NCBI RefSeq assembly: GCF_004010195.1
Contig: NC_057719.1
Span: forward strand, 42,245,820-42,309,819
Length of the DNA stretch: 64,000 nucleotides
Direction: 5' to 3'
Source: Chiloscyllium plagiosum
Lineage: Eukaryota
A model generated the notes under the pieces. That model saw only the letters and a list, made by a program, of their open reading frames with translations. It was not told the origin of the DNA and made no database searches. The position numbers and the translations under genes were made by a program. Within the stretch, counting starts at the first letter, position 1, and every line of letters begins with the position of its first letter. Positions 26,777 to 38,841 of this stretch are shown piece by piece.

Positions 26777-27929
26777 CAGGCCCTGAATTGCGGTTACCAA
26801 GAGTAATATCCTTTCTGTGCTGATGAGATTTCCTGGCTAAAATCTCCTTACTAAATACCCAGAAAAGTACATAATCCATTGATGGAGCTCCCCCCATGTT
26901 AAGGGAGTAATGCAGTCAGAAACAACAGCTCTTCCTGGAAAGCATTTTAAATTGGGAATGGGACAAAGGGAGTTTACTTTAAAGGAACAACCTTTTATAT
27001 ATGACTGTACTTTGTCTTTTTACATGAGGGGAATCCTGTGGAGTGACCTGTTCAGAGGAATAGGAGTGATTGATTACAACTACAATTGTTTATGGCTGTT
27101 GCTTATGAAAAATGGGGTAGTCCAGATTATGGATGCTCTATGACTATGACTCTGTGACTCTGGCTTTCATTAACCCAGAAACATCTTGCAGCCCATAAAC
27201 TATTATTGGCTGCTTCTATATTAGAAGAACATTACCTTTCTAATAAACTGTTGACCTTATTAAGGAAGGCAGAACTAAAAGTGAATCAGTTGGTACAGGA
27301 TGAAGTTACATTTCTGTTCTGAGCAGGGGTCACTGGATCCTGAACGTTAACTCTGCTTTCTCTCCACAGCTGCTGCCAGGCATTTAGCTGTAACAGTATA
27401 TTCTTGCTTTCTGTTCTCTCACACTGATGCACTTATGTAAGGTATCATATGCCTGGTTAGAATACTTTTCATTGTATCTCAGTACATGTGACAATAAGAA
27501 ATCAAATCAAAAAAGACCTGCTGAATTTATCCAGCAATTTCTGTTTTTAAGATTTCAGCCAATGGGCTCTCACCTGATCAGAAAGAGTTGAAAATTGCCT
27601 ATATTTTACACTGCCCAGCTTTGCAGCTGAAGTTACCTGTCTAAGTGGATCAAGAAGGTGAGATAAATAAAGTAAATTTTGAAATTAAAGACAACAAATA
27701 AAGAAAGTTGATGAGTAATCTAGAACAGTGTGTGGATAGTGTGTGTGTGTTTCTTTGGAGAGACTTGTTTGCCCTGGTATGTTCATAAGACTGGACTGTG
27801 CCTGAAGTTATGATCGAATTGATGTGGGGTGTTAAAGAAGCAGCTTGCTGAATGAATCAGAGAGAGATTGAGGTTGGGGAGGGGTTAGTGAACTATGGCA
27901 CATGGGACAGTGTGCAATTCTAGATAACA

Positions 27930-28104
27930 GATTAGATTAGATTAGATACTAGATACTAGATTACTTACAGTGTGGAAACAGGCCCTTCGGCCCAACAAGT
28001 CCACACCGACCCGCCGAAGCGCAACCCACCCAGACCCATTCCCCTACATTTACCCCTTTACCTAACACTACGGGCAATTTAGCATGGCCAATTCACCTAA
28101 CCTG
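27930..28104 (-). mobile_element. HE1-like SINE 3' part
   Basis: (ATTAG)n tail and acagtgtggaaacaggcccttcggcccaac. Confidence 0.8.
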
Positions 28105-28649
28105 GGTCTTTTTCAATTTCATTCATCTGTATTGAACAAATAGCCCTTTCCTTCTATAGTTTTTGAATTGTGTTTTTTGGATTAACAGATGTAACCAACA
28201 TTTTGCTGATTAAAAAAAAATTTGTGTGAGTGAAAATTCATTTTCCTTTTCTTGATTTTATTTGCAACAGTTTCATAAAGGAAATAAAAATCTGAATTTG
28301 TTTCACTTGAAAGGTTGTAGATTTACCCAGATTGAGTGTGGGGAACTTCCAAATAGTGTGTTTAATAAATATTATGTGTGAATCCTTTCTGCTTTAGGTT
28401 TTTGCATGGAGTATTAAGATATTTTGTTAAGTGTCCTTTTCATTGAGTTTCAAGGAGGCTACCTTCCAAGTCCTAAGGAATTTTGTCATTGTACCAAACT
28501 TGCTTCATTAACTATCTCTTCTGTCTCTATGGTATCCCTCTCGTCTGTTTCTACCACTTGTCGAAGTACTCACCACTGTTGGGCTATTTCAGAATAGACT
28601 ATTAACTCTGGTGCTGGTGCCATATTTAAAGTGCTATTGCCCATCTGAC

Positions 28650-30308
28650 ATCTCTGGTAGGTAAGTTACTTGAGAAGATTCTGAGGGATAAGATATACAT
28701 ACATTTGGAAAAACAGCATTTGATTAGGAATAATCAGCATGGCTTTGTGCATGGGAGATCATGCGTCTCAAATTTGTTAGAACTCTTTGATGAAGAAGGT
28801 TGATGAAGGCAGGGTGTAGATGTCGTCTATATGAATTTTAGTAAGGCCTTTGATAAGGTTCCACATGGTAAACTGCTCTGGAAGGTTAGATCGCTTGGAA
28901 TCCAGGGCAAGCTGGCAGTTTGGATGCACATTTGGCTTGATGATTAGATTAGATTCCCTACAGTGTGGAAACAGGCCCTTTGGCCCAAGCAGTCCACACC
29001 GACCCTCCGAAGAGTAACCCACCCAGACCCATTTCCCTCTGACTAATGCACCTAACACTATGGGCAATTTAGCATGGCCAATTCACCTGATCTGCACATC
29101 TGTGGACTGTGGGAGGAAACCTACGCAGACACTGGGAGAATGTGCAAACTCCACACAAACAGTTGCCCGAGGCTGGAATCAAACCTGGGACCCTGGTGCT
29201 GTGAGGCAGCAGTGCTAACCACTGAGCCACCATGCTGCCCTCAATGGTAGGAAGCAGACGGTAATAGTGGAAGGATACTTGATGGACTGGAGTCTGTGAC
29301 TAGTGGAGTGCCTCAGGGGTTGGTGCTGGGCCCTTTGCTGTTTGTTATCTATATTAATGATTTAATGGGAATGTACAAGGCATGGTTAGTAAGTTTGCAG
29401 ATGACACTAAAATAGGCAGTATCGTGGACAATGAGGAAGGTTATCAGAAATCTCAGCAGGACCTTGATCAGCTGGGAAAGTCGGTGAGAAATGGCAAATG
29501 GAGTTTAATGTGTGAGATCTTGCATTTTGGAAAATCAAATCAAGGTAGAAGTTTCATGGTGAATGGTAGGGCCTTAAGGAGCATAATGGAACAGAGGGTC
29601 CTTGGAGTTCAAGTGCATAGTTTGCTGAAAGTGGAGTCACAGGTAGACAGGGCAGTGAAGAAGGCTTTTGGTACACTGGTACACTGGCCTTCATCAGTCA
29701 GGGCATTGAATATAGAAACTGGGAAGTTATGTTGAAGTTGTACGGGACATTGGTGAGGCCTTACCTGGAGTATTGTGTTCAGTTTTGGTAACCTTGCTAT
29801 CGGAAGGATGTTGTTAACCTGAAAAGAGTGCATAAGAAATTTGCAAGGATGTTGCCAGGTCTCAAGGGTCTGAGTTTTAAGGAGGTTTTGGACAAGGTAG
29901 GACTTCTTTCTTTAGGGCATAGGTGACTGAGGGGGGGAGTCTTATAGAGGTCCATATGATCATGAGAGGAATGATAGTTTGAATGCAATCAGTCTTTTTC
30001 CCAGGGTTGGGAAATTGAGGATTAGAGGGCATCATTTTCAGGTTAGAGGGGAAACAATAAAAGGGAACCTGAGGGGAACTTTTTTACACAGAGGGCGAAA
30101 TACATGTGGAATGAGCTGCCAGCGGAAGTGGTTGAGGTGGGTACATTAATAATATTTAAAAGGCATTTGGATAAATACATGGATAGGAAAGTTTTAGAAG
30201 GGCATGGGCCAAGTGCAGGGAAATGAGGTTCACATGGATGGACATTTTGGTGAGTGTGGACCAGTTTGGGTCAAAAGGCCTGCCTCCATGCTATAGGACT
30301 CTATGACT
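28650..30308 (+). mobile_element. CR1 LINE RT portion, interrupted by a SINE
   Basis: 'QHGFVHGRSC', 'GVPQGLVLGP', 'SKFADDTK'; gactctatgact tail. Confidence 0.92.
28943..29240 (-). mobile_element. HE1-like SINE inserted in a CR1
   Basis: Full-length reverse copy interrupting CR1 RT between 'WL' and 'GRKQ.V.VEG'. Confidence 0.88.
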
Positions 30309-30362
30309 GTCTCTTGTTAAGAGCTGGCATTTCCGATCTTAGTTCTAGACCTCTTCCCAGTC

Positions 30363-30577
30363 ATGGCAAATGAGGGCAAATTTTAGTCCTGCTTTGTGGA
30401 TAGGGATCTGGAGGTCCGAGTGGACAGGGTGGTGCAAAGAAAGGGTAGTTCTCTTTCCTCAGGAGACCCTGCCAACCTGGACTGAAGTCACCACCCAGCT
30501 CAATGTGGTCTCAATGGTTCAGCAAAATGCCCAGTAATACTATGAGGAGGTCCATGACCTTCTCTGCTCTGTCATAG
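30363..30577 (+). mobile_element. PIF/Harbinger Myb/SANT-like gene fossil
   Basis: 'CFVDRDLEVRVDRVVQR/VVLFPQETLPTWTEVTTQLNVVSMVQQNAQ*YYEEVHDL' then a gtaagt donor; NAIF1-like trihelix pattern. Confidence 0.6.
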
Positions 30578-31359
30578 TAAGTGCTACCATCTTCTCCCAG
30601 CTACTTCACACTCTTTTTTTTTTTCACACACTTCCCACCCTACTTTGCCATCATTTAAGGAGAAATAACAGGGCTGGGTGGGCCAGGACGGGTGGCGGAA
30701 TTTCTGACTTTGACCTCTGCACCCCATCCACAGTGGGGATGTTGGCGCTGGCTGGCAAAGATGATGACTTGAAGAAACATTGATGTCTCAGCGACCAGCT
30801 AAGAAGTATTGTCCCATGTTGTACTACACTCCTATTGTCTCCATTGTATATTTAGTCTTCAAATACACAACTTTCACCCCTTGGTGGTGACTTTCTCTCT
30901 TTTGTGTCATTCAAGTATGTGACATGTCTGCGTTCAAGATAGCTGACCTGCAAGAGATGCCCTCCTCCATCTTTTTGAACATGATACCTCAGAGGAAATA
31001 TTAACAAAGCTGCCTCCATGCACCGTCCACTATCAATGCATACACTGACCCCTCTGTAGGTACGTTACCTAAACTGGGTCTCAGTGTCAGGTCAAACATG
31101 GGCAAAGAAACCACCTGCTGATAACCATGTACACCTGCTGGTCCATCCCCACTCATCAACTAATCAATCAAGCATTAAATCCCTAGGATTTATCACATTT
31201 AAGCCCTGCTAATTTCACCAACACAACCTTATAATTAATACAAATTTTCTTCAACTCCCCATTCATCCTAGTCATTTGGATTGGTAATTCTGGGAGGTTT
31301 TCTCTATCCTCTCAGTGCAAACAGTCACAAAGGGCTGAATTTTACTTGGTTTTTGCTAA

Positions 31360-31690
31360 GAGCAGTCAGTAGTTAGCACTACTTTCTCCCAACACCAAGA
31401 ACCTGGGTTTAATTCCAGCCTCAGGTGACTGTGAAGAGTTTGCACATTCACCCCATGTCTACATAGCTTTCCTTTGGGTGCTCCGGTTTCCTCCCATGGT
31501 CCATAGATGTACAGGTTAGGTGCATTGGCTGTGCTGAATTCCCCGTAGTGTCCAGGGATGTGTAGGTTAGGTGGATTAGTCATGGGAAATGCCGGGTTAC
31601 AGGGATAAGGTTGGGAGGTGGGTCTGGGTGGAATGCTCTTCAGAGAGTCAGTGTGGACTTGGTGGCCTGTTGTATGGATTCTATGACTCT
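31360..31690 (+). mobile_element. HE1-like SINE
   Basis: gttagcact..., B box-like gggtttaattcc, gagtttgcacattc, ctatgactct tail. Confidence 0.78.
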
Positions 31691-32479
31691 AAGTGCCAAT
31701 TATATGGATTATTTTTATTGTGAGACCAAGCGAGATTTCTCACTGTATCATACCAAACTCACCTCAATAACTCCCTACTCTGCCTCTATGGTACCCCCTT
31801 ATCTGAATCCAGTCCTATCTTGCCATATACTGTTCCTAGAAGGACATTCCATTTTGTGATGTCTGCAAGAAAACCAACATTCTGTGTGTTCATGCCATTT
31901 TTAAAAAGTCACTGCGCAGCCGGCCACTCTTGCCAATTAAGTTTTGTCTCTCACCTGTAATGGCACACAGTCACATTGCCTATGGTGTGTAGCCGATGTA
32001 GCTGAAACTCCCTCACACACACAAGCCCGTTCTCTCAAACCTAGTCACTGTTTAACCACCAGGGCACACAGTTTATCTGTCCTTAGCTACATCCATCTAA
32101 ACATTCTCTTTAAATCACTACTACTCTATTCCCAGTGCCCACTGGAAACTCATATTTTGTTGGTATTTGGTAGGGAAACATCATGTATGGGCGAACAATT
32201 GGAGAAGTAAAAAAATAAGCTTTTATTTACAGCCAGCAAAAGTGAGTGCATACACAATGAATAGAGGCTGCATTTTGTCCACGTCATTGCATACATTGCA
32301 TGACCTATAACTATGCAACAGTCTGCAGCATTCAGCTCTTAGCCACTGGAACCAGCATCAATGAGGCTCATTGTGACTTATGCAGTTGAGCCTTGTTATC
32401 CACAATGAGAGCTTTTCTCTCCCCAGTGTCCTTATTCACCTCACTGGAACTCTGCTCCTATCCTCCCAGTTCCTTAGCA

Positions 32480-32670
32480 CATGGCCTCATTGCCAGCTCC
32501 AATCATGCAGAGCAGAGCAGAGCAGAGTTTGTCAGGATGATGCAGTCCACTCTGTCCAGCCTACACTCAAGGCTTCCTCTCTTCTGACTAGTCCACATAG
32601 AAGCCATGTCTTCAGCGGTTCTATCGTTTGCTCCATCATGGCCTTGCTCCTAGCATGTGCACCAATCTGA
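32480..32670 (-). mobile_element. PIF/Harbinger DDE transposase C-terminal fossil
   Basis: 'AHARSKAMMEQTIEPLKTW.../RVDCIILTNSAL..H' resembles HARBI1 'AHA.TR..IE..IG.LK.R...II..C..LHN'. Confidence 0.55.
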
Positions 32671-32957
32671 TGAAGGTGCCATACTTGTAGAGTGACCAAC
32701 ACATTATCACATCAAAAAGGGATTACCTGCAGCCACTTTCCCATCACAGACCCAAATGAATCATTCAACTTTCCATTGTATTCAGTAGAGTCCATTGTTA
32801 TACTTTGATAACATATGATGAAATGATGTCCCCTCCTCCCTTAGAAGTTCCACAAGTGATGAGTTGCATTTGGCCAGAAATCATCTCTTTTGAAGTCATT
32901 GCTGCTAACTTCTGCATTATTGGGATGGTAATGTTAGATTGACAAGCACCAATGACA

Positions 32958-34165
32958 CAGTCATATACACTGAAGATAGACCCAACTAGTCCATACTGAA
33001 CATAATCCCAAACTAAACTGGTCACATCCACCTGCTCCTGGCCCAAACCCTCCAAACCTTTCCTATTCATGTACTTACAGAACATAGAACAATACAGCAC
33101 AGTACAGGCCCTTTGGCCCACGATGTTGTATCAAGCATTTATCTTAATCTAAGATCAACCTAACCTACACACGCCTCAATTTACTGCTGTCCATGTGCTT
33201 GTCCAGCAGTTGCTTAAATGTCCCTAATGTCTCTGACTGTACTACCACTAGTGGCAGTGCGTTCCACGCACCCACTACTCTCTGTGTAAAGAACCTTCTT
33301 CTGATATCTCCCCTATACCTTCCTCCAATCACCTTAAAATTTTGACCCCTCGTGACAACCATTTCTGCCCTGGGAAAAACTCTCTGGCTATCTATGCCTC
33401 TCATTACCGTGTACACCTCTATCAAGTTACCTCTTTTCCTTCTTCTCTCCAGTGTGAAAAGCCCAAACTCACTCAACCCCGCTTCATAAGAAAAGCCCTC
33501 CAACACAGGCAGCATCCTGGCAAATCTACTCTGCACTGTCTCTAAAACATCTACATCCTTCCTATAATGAGGCGACCAGAATTGGAGACAATATTCCAAG
33601 TACGGTCTAACCAGGGTTTTATAGCGCTGCAGCAAAACCTTGCACCTCTTAAACTCAATTCCCCTGTTAATGAACGCCAAAACCCCATATGCCTTCTTAA
33701 CAACCCTATCAACTTGGGTGGCAACTTTGAGGGATCTATCTATGTGGACTCCAAGATCCCACTGTTCCTCCACACTGCCAAGAATCCTGTCTTTAACCCT
33801 ATAATTAGCATTCAAATTTGACCTTCCAAAATGAATCACTTCATGTTTATTCAGATCGAACTCCATCTGCCACTTCTCAGCCCAACTCTGCATCCTATCA
33901 ATGTCTTGTTGCAGCCTGCAAAAGCCCTCGATACCATCTACAACACCACTGACCTTTTGTGTCATCGGTAAACCTACTAACCCGCCCTTCCACTTCTTCA
34001 TCCAAGTCATTTATTAAAAACTACAAAGAGCAGAGGCCTAAGAGCAGAATCCTGTGCGAAACCACTAATCATGGACTCCCAAGTGGAATACTTTCCATCC
34101 ACTACCACTTGCTGTCTTCTTTCAGCCAGCTAATTCTGTATCCAGACTGTCAAATTTCCCTCATT
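32958..34165 (-). mobile_element. CR1 LINE 3' part (plus an adjacent second CR1 tail at 32958-33078)
   Basis: ORF 33165-34010: 'LQQDIDRMQSWAEKWQMEF...DLGV...LVRPYLEYC...FFTQRVVGAWNALP'. Confidence 0.93.
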
Positions 34166-34214
34166 TCCCTCATTTCCCCTCCCACACCTTATCTCAGTCC
34201 CAACCCCTGGATTC

Positions 34215-34714
34215 NNNNNNNNNNNNNNNNNNNNNNNNNNNNNNNNNNNNNNNNNNNNNNNNNNNNNNNNNNNNNNNNNNNNNNNNNNNNNNNNNNNNNN
34301 NNNNNNNNNNNNNNNNNNNNNNNNNNNNNNNNNNNNNNNNNNNNNNNNNNNNNNNNNNNNNNNNNNNNNNNNNNNNNNNNNNNNNNNNNNNNNNNNNNNN
34401 NNNNNNNNNNNNNNNNNNNNNNNNNNNNNNNNNNNNNNNNNNNNNNNNNNNNNNNNNNNNNNNNNNNNNNNNNNNNNNNNNNNNNNNNNNNNNNNNNNNN
34501 NNNNNNNNNNNNNNNNNNNNNNNNNNNNNNNNNNNNNNNNNNNNNNNNNNNNNNNNNNNNNNNNNNNNNNNNNNNNNNNNNNNNNNNNNNNNNNNNNNNN
34601 NNNNNNNNNNNNNNNNNNNNNNNNNNNNNNNNNNNNNNNNNNNNNNNNNNNNNNNNNNNNNNNNNNNNNNNNNNNNNNNNNNNNNNNNNNNNNNNNNNNN
34701 NNNNNNNNNNNNNN
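34215..34714. other. Assembly gap (500 N)
   Basis: Run of N; the round size suggests a placeholder of unknown length. Confidence 1.
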
Positions 34715-34724
34715 ATACGGAGGA

Positions 34725-35108
34725 GGAAGGACATCACTTCGACACAACACATCCATCCTAGGACAAGCCAAACAAAGACACACATGAGAATTCCTAGAAG
34801 CATGGCATTCTAACTGGAACTCTATCAACAAACACGTCGAGTTAGACCGCATCTACCACCCCCTGAGAAAAGAACAGGAAGTGACTTCACCACAGGAAAT
34901 AACATCACCACAGGAAATGACATCACCAACCCAAAGAAACCCAAACATATAAATAGAAAGCAGGAATTTTCAGCATTGCTTCGCCTGAGGCCCACTGAAG
35001 ATGTTATCTAGTAAGTTAACGAAATGTCCAGAAATGAACCTTTCAGCTCAGCAAGCAAACCTACATCCGAAACCTCAACCTGAACTACAAATCTTCTCAA
35101 AACTTGCT
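34725..35108 (+). mobile_element. Penelope-like element 3' end, related to 1-320
   Basis: 'ILGQAKQRH.*EFLEAWHSNWNSINKHVELDRIY'; degenerate CTGAAGA...CGAAATGTC motif. Confidence 0.75.
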
Positions 35109-35934
35109 TTATCCATGTTACTATGATAACCCCTGCAACATGATATTGTGCAGTAACTTTGATGTGGTATTTTATCAAATGTCTTTTGGAAATCCAAGCA
35201 CAACATATCTACAGGGTCTCTTTATCAACTGGATGAGTAATCCAGAAACTCAAGTTTATGTTCTGCAGACAAATGTTCAATAGCAGATGGTGATATGTGA
35301 ACTCAGTTAAAATCTGGAATGAAAAGTTGGACTAATGGTGACCATGTAAAATCTGTCAATTATTGTAAAACCCATCTGATTCATTAATGTCCTTTTGGGA
35401 AGTAGATCTGCTTTCCTTACCTTGACTGGCTTATATGTGAATCCAGAGCCACAGAAATTAGTTGATTCTTAACACCTACGCTGTGGTCAATAAATGCTAG
35501 CCCAGACAGTGGTGCCTACATCCAGCAAAAAAAAGTGCTTAGTGTTTGCTCAAATAACACTAATAAATTAGTCAAACCCAATTTCAGCTTCACAAAACCA
35601 TGTTGACTCTGTCTGAAAATATTATGATTTTTGAATGTACTGCTATTATCTCCTCGGTAATGGATTTAATATTTTCCTAATGATAGTCAGAATGCTAACT
35701 GGTTTGAAATTTCCTCCTTTCAATCTCCAGTTTTACTGAATAGAGATCCTACATTTGAGATTTCAAACTGGCCTGATGTTCACCAGAATCCTGAAAATTC
35801 TGGAAGATCACAATTAAAGTTTCTACACCCCCTACAGTCTGTTCTTTCAGTAGTCTCAGGTGTATGGCATTGCTTCTAAAGGGTTTGTTTGCCTTTATTT
35901 CTATTAGTTTTCCAGAGACCTCTTCTGGAGAACT

Positions 35935-36650
35935 GAATGCAGTTTTGGTTGCCTTGTTATAATAAGGTTATCATTAAATTGGAGAGGGCTCGGAAAGGAT
36001 TTACTAGGATATTGCCAAGAATGGAGCGTTTGAGATCTAAAAATAGGCTGAATAGGCTAGGACTTTTTTTTCACATACTCTATCCGCCTATTTTTATCTC
36101 TCAAACCCTCCATTCCTGGCATATCCTAGTAAATGTTTTCTGAATCCTCTCCAATTCTTTAATAATAACCTTCCAATAGCAGGGCACCCAGAACTGCATA
36201 TAGTTCTTCAGAAGAGGCCTCTGCTCCATAACACATTGGAAAAACTAACAAAAATAAAGGCAATAGTAGGTTGACGGATAACCTTATACAGGAATATAAA
36301 ATCATGAGGAACAGTAATAAGGTGAAAAACAAAGGTCTTTTTCCTAGGGTGGGGAGTTCAAAACTAGGGTCCATAATTTTAAGGTGAGAGGGAAAGTTTT
36401 AAAAAGGATATGGAGCCAACCTTTTTACGCAGAGCGTGGTCCAAGTGTGGAATAAACTGCCAGAGGAAGTGGTGGATGTAGGTACAGTTACAACATTTAA
36501 AAGGCATTTAGAAAAGCATATGAATAGGAAAGGTTTAGAGGGATATGGGCCAAATTCAGGCAAATGGGACTAGTTTAATTTGGGAACATGGTTGGTGTGG
36601 ACTAATTGGAGAGAAGGGTCTGTTTTCATGCTGTATGATCTATGACTCTA
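35935..36650 (+). mobile_element. CR1 3' fragments, with an opposite-orientation piece at ~36090-36230
   Basis: 'QFWLPCY.K.IIKLER', tail tgatctatgactcta. Confidence 0.75.
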
Positions 36651-37345
36651 TATTAAGATGATAGCCTATACCCCAACTTTTTTCTTATTTTTAAAGGTAA
36701 GTGTAAGGCATTGTGTTCCAGATGCAATTTGATTTGTCAAACTACTTGACTTTAAACGAAACACACTTTATTCTTACACTATAGTTAAAATGCAGACCAA
36801 ATAAGATTTTTAAAAATGGTCTTAACTATAACTCTATTGAAATACTTAACAAGATATGTTAACTACCACTGATTAGCTGTTCCAAGATAGTAATACCCCA
36901 TAAACACACCCTTAACAGAAGCTAATTCAGTAAAATAGATTGTCTCACATGCAAAATTTCTCCAGTCCAGTACGAATGAACATCAAAATTCTGATAGAGA
37001 AAGAGAAATCAAACATTTTGTTGTGGCAGGGAAAGATGCATAGCAGCTTCCAAACCCCAACAGCTACTGAAAGCTAAACTAAAATCCTGGTTCTGTGGAA
37101 GCTTCACCCCAACCTTCATGTTGCTTCTGTTGTTACAACTTTGAAAAAGTGGCCCAAGGTCACAGAAGCTCTTTATTTTATTACCTTGAAACAAACTTTG
37201 TCTCAACCTCTCTTCAAAAAACAGACAAATTAAAACTCTTAAGCCACAGTGTCATCACAAGTACCTTTTCCTTTTTAATTGTGATTGTTTTACATTTATC
37301 CCTCTCTTTAGCTCTTCATTTTAAAGTATTCTTAGGCTGTAATTT

Positions 37346-37835
37346 ATAGAGTCATAGTCATAGAGATGTACAGCATGGAAACAGACCCTTTGGTCCAACC
37401 TGTCCATGTCAACCAGATATCCCAACCCAATCTAGTCCCACCTGCCAGCACCCGGCCCATATCCCTCCAAACCCTTCCTATTCATATACCCTTCCAAATG
37501 CCTCTTAAATGTTGCAATTGTACCAGCCTCCACCACTTCCTCTGGCAGCCCACTCCATACACATACCACCCTCTGTGTGAAAACGTTGCCCCTTAGGTCT
37601 CTTTTATATCTTTCCCCTCTCACCCTAAACCTATGTCTTCTAGTTCTGGACTCCCCAACCCAAGGGAAAATACTTTGTATATTTACCCTATCCATGCCCC
37701 TCATAATTTTGTATAAGGTCACCCCTCAGCCTCTGACACTCCAGGGAAAACAGCCCCAGCCTGTACAGCCTCTCCCTATAGCTCAAATCCTCCAAACTTT
37801 CAAGGAGCTATGAACCTGCACTCCAAGGTCTCTTT
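37346..37835 (-). mobile_element. CR1 3' fragment
   Basis: 'ESRTRRHRFRVRGERYKRDLRGNVFTQRVV'; same subfamily as 3850-4684. Confidence 0.9.
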
Positions 37836-38095
37836 GAAGACTGACACAAAATATCTGTTCAACGTTTCTTCCATTTCATTTTTTCCAATTATTAATTCCC
37901 ATACATCACCCTCTAAGGGACCAATATTTACATAGATATTCTTTTAGTTTTTATATAGTTGTAGAAACTCTAACTATGAATCTTCATATTTCTAGTCAGC
38001 TTTCTTTTATGTTCTTCATCTTTCACTTTTTTAATCATACTTGGCTAGTCTCTAAAATTTATTCAATCATCTAAATTGCCATTAGTTATCACATC

Positions 38096-38789
38096 TGAAG
38101 ATCTGGACCCCCGGTAGGGGGGCGCGGTTTGGGGGTGGTTAGTGGAGACGGGTGTCTCTCTGTTCTGCAATTGGTTAATAAAAACTAGCAATTAGGTCTG
38201 GCTTTAATCTCGAGCAAGCACAGGTTGTCCAGTAACATAGAGGTTAATCTCTTCTGTGTTCCTCGGAGAAACTACGCACATGGCTTAAGACAAAGACATT
38301 TTTATACTTTTTTTGAGAGAAGTACAGGGCATCATTACAGAGCACATTCAGACAATTATCAATAAATTTTAATGAAATAACTTTATTGACAGCAATTTAG
38401 CCCAATGATATTTCCTGGGATCCAACCTTGTTTTCCAACATCCAAGTACTCCTATCTCACGAACCTAGTCTCTACACCTACACTTGTAAGGTCAGTTAGG
38501 ATGGCTAGTAATGTCTCATCGAGTTGAGTTATTTCTATGCTGTAAAGGAAGCATTGTCTGCTAATGTTTGTTGATACAGACTATGGTTAGTTCATCTTTT
38601 AGCAGGGTTAAAAGCCATTTTATGCAACATTAAGCAGAATTGTCAATTTGCAGCCCAGAAGCCATTTTGTCATGTTATTTGAATTAAGAAGCCATTTTAT
38701 CGCTGCCTATATTAGTAAGAGCATGTATTAGGTGGTTGTTCCTGACTACAACTAGTCACTTCAGCCTGTATTCAGATTTTAGATCCTCA
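38096..38789 (-). repeat. ERV 3' LTR
   Basis: Direct repeat of 44913-45563 with TG...CA ends; preceded on the minus strand by purine-rich AAAGCAGGAAGA (PPT-like). Confidence 0.92.
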
Positions 38790-38841
38790 TCTTCCTGCTT
38801 TGGTAATTCCATGACCACACCATAGGATGGGAGGACAGAGA

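Noticed and set aside
27559..27657. Plus-strand exon-like segment (cag...AAG|gtgaga)
   Set aside because: Stops in all three frames and no INF2 similarity.
33959..34852. Long ORFs of 204-284 aa
   Set aside because: Artefacts of translating through the 500-N gap.
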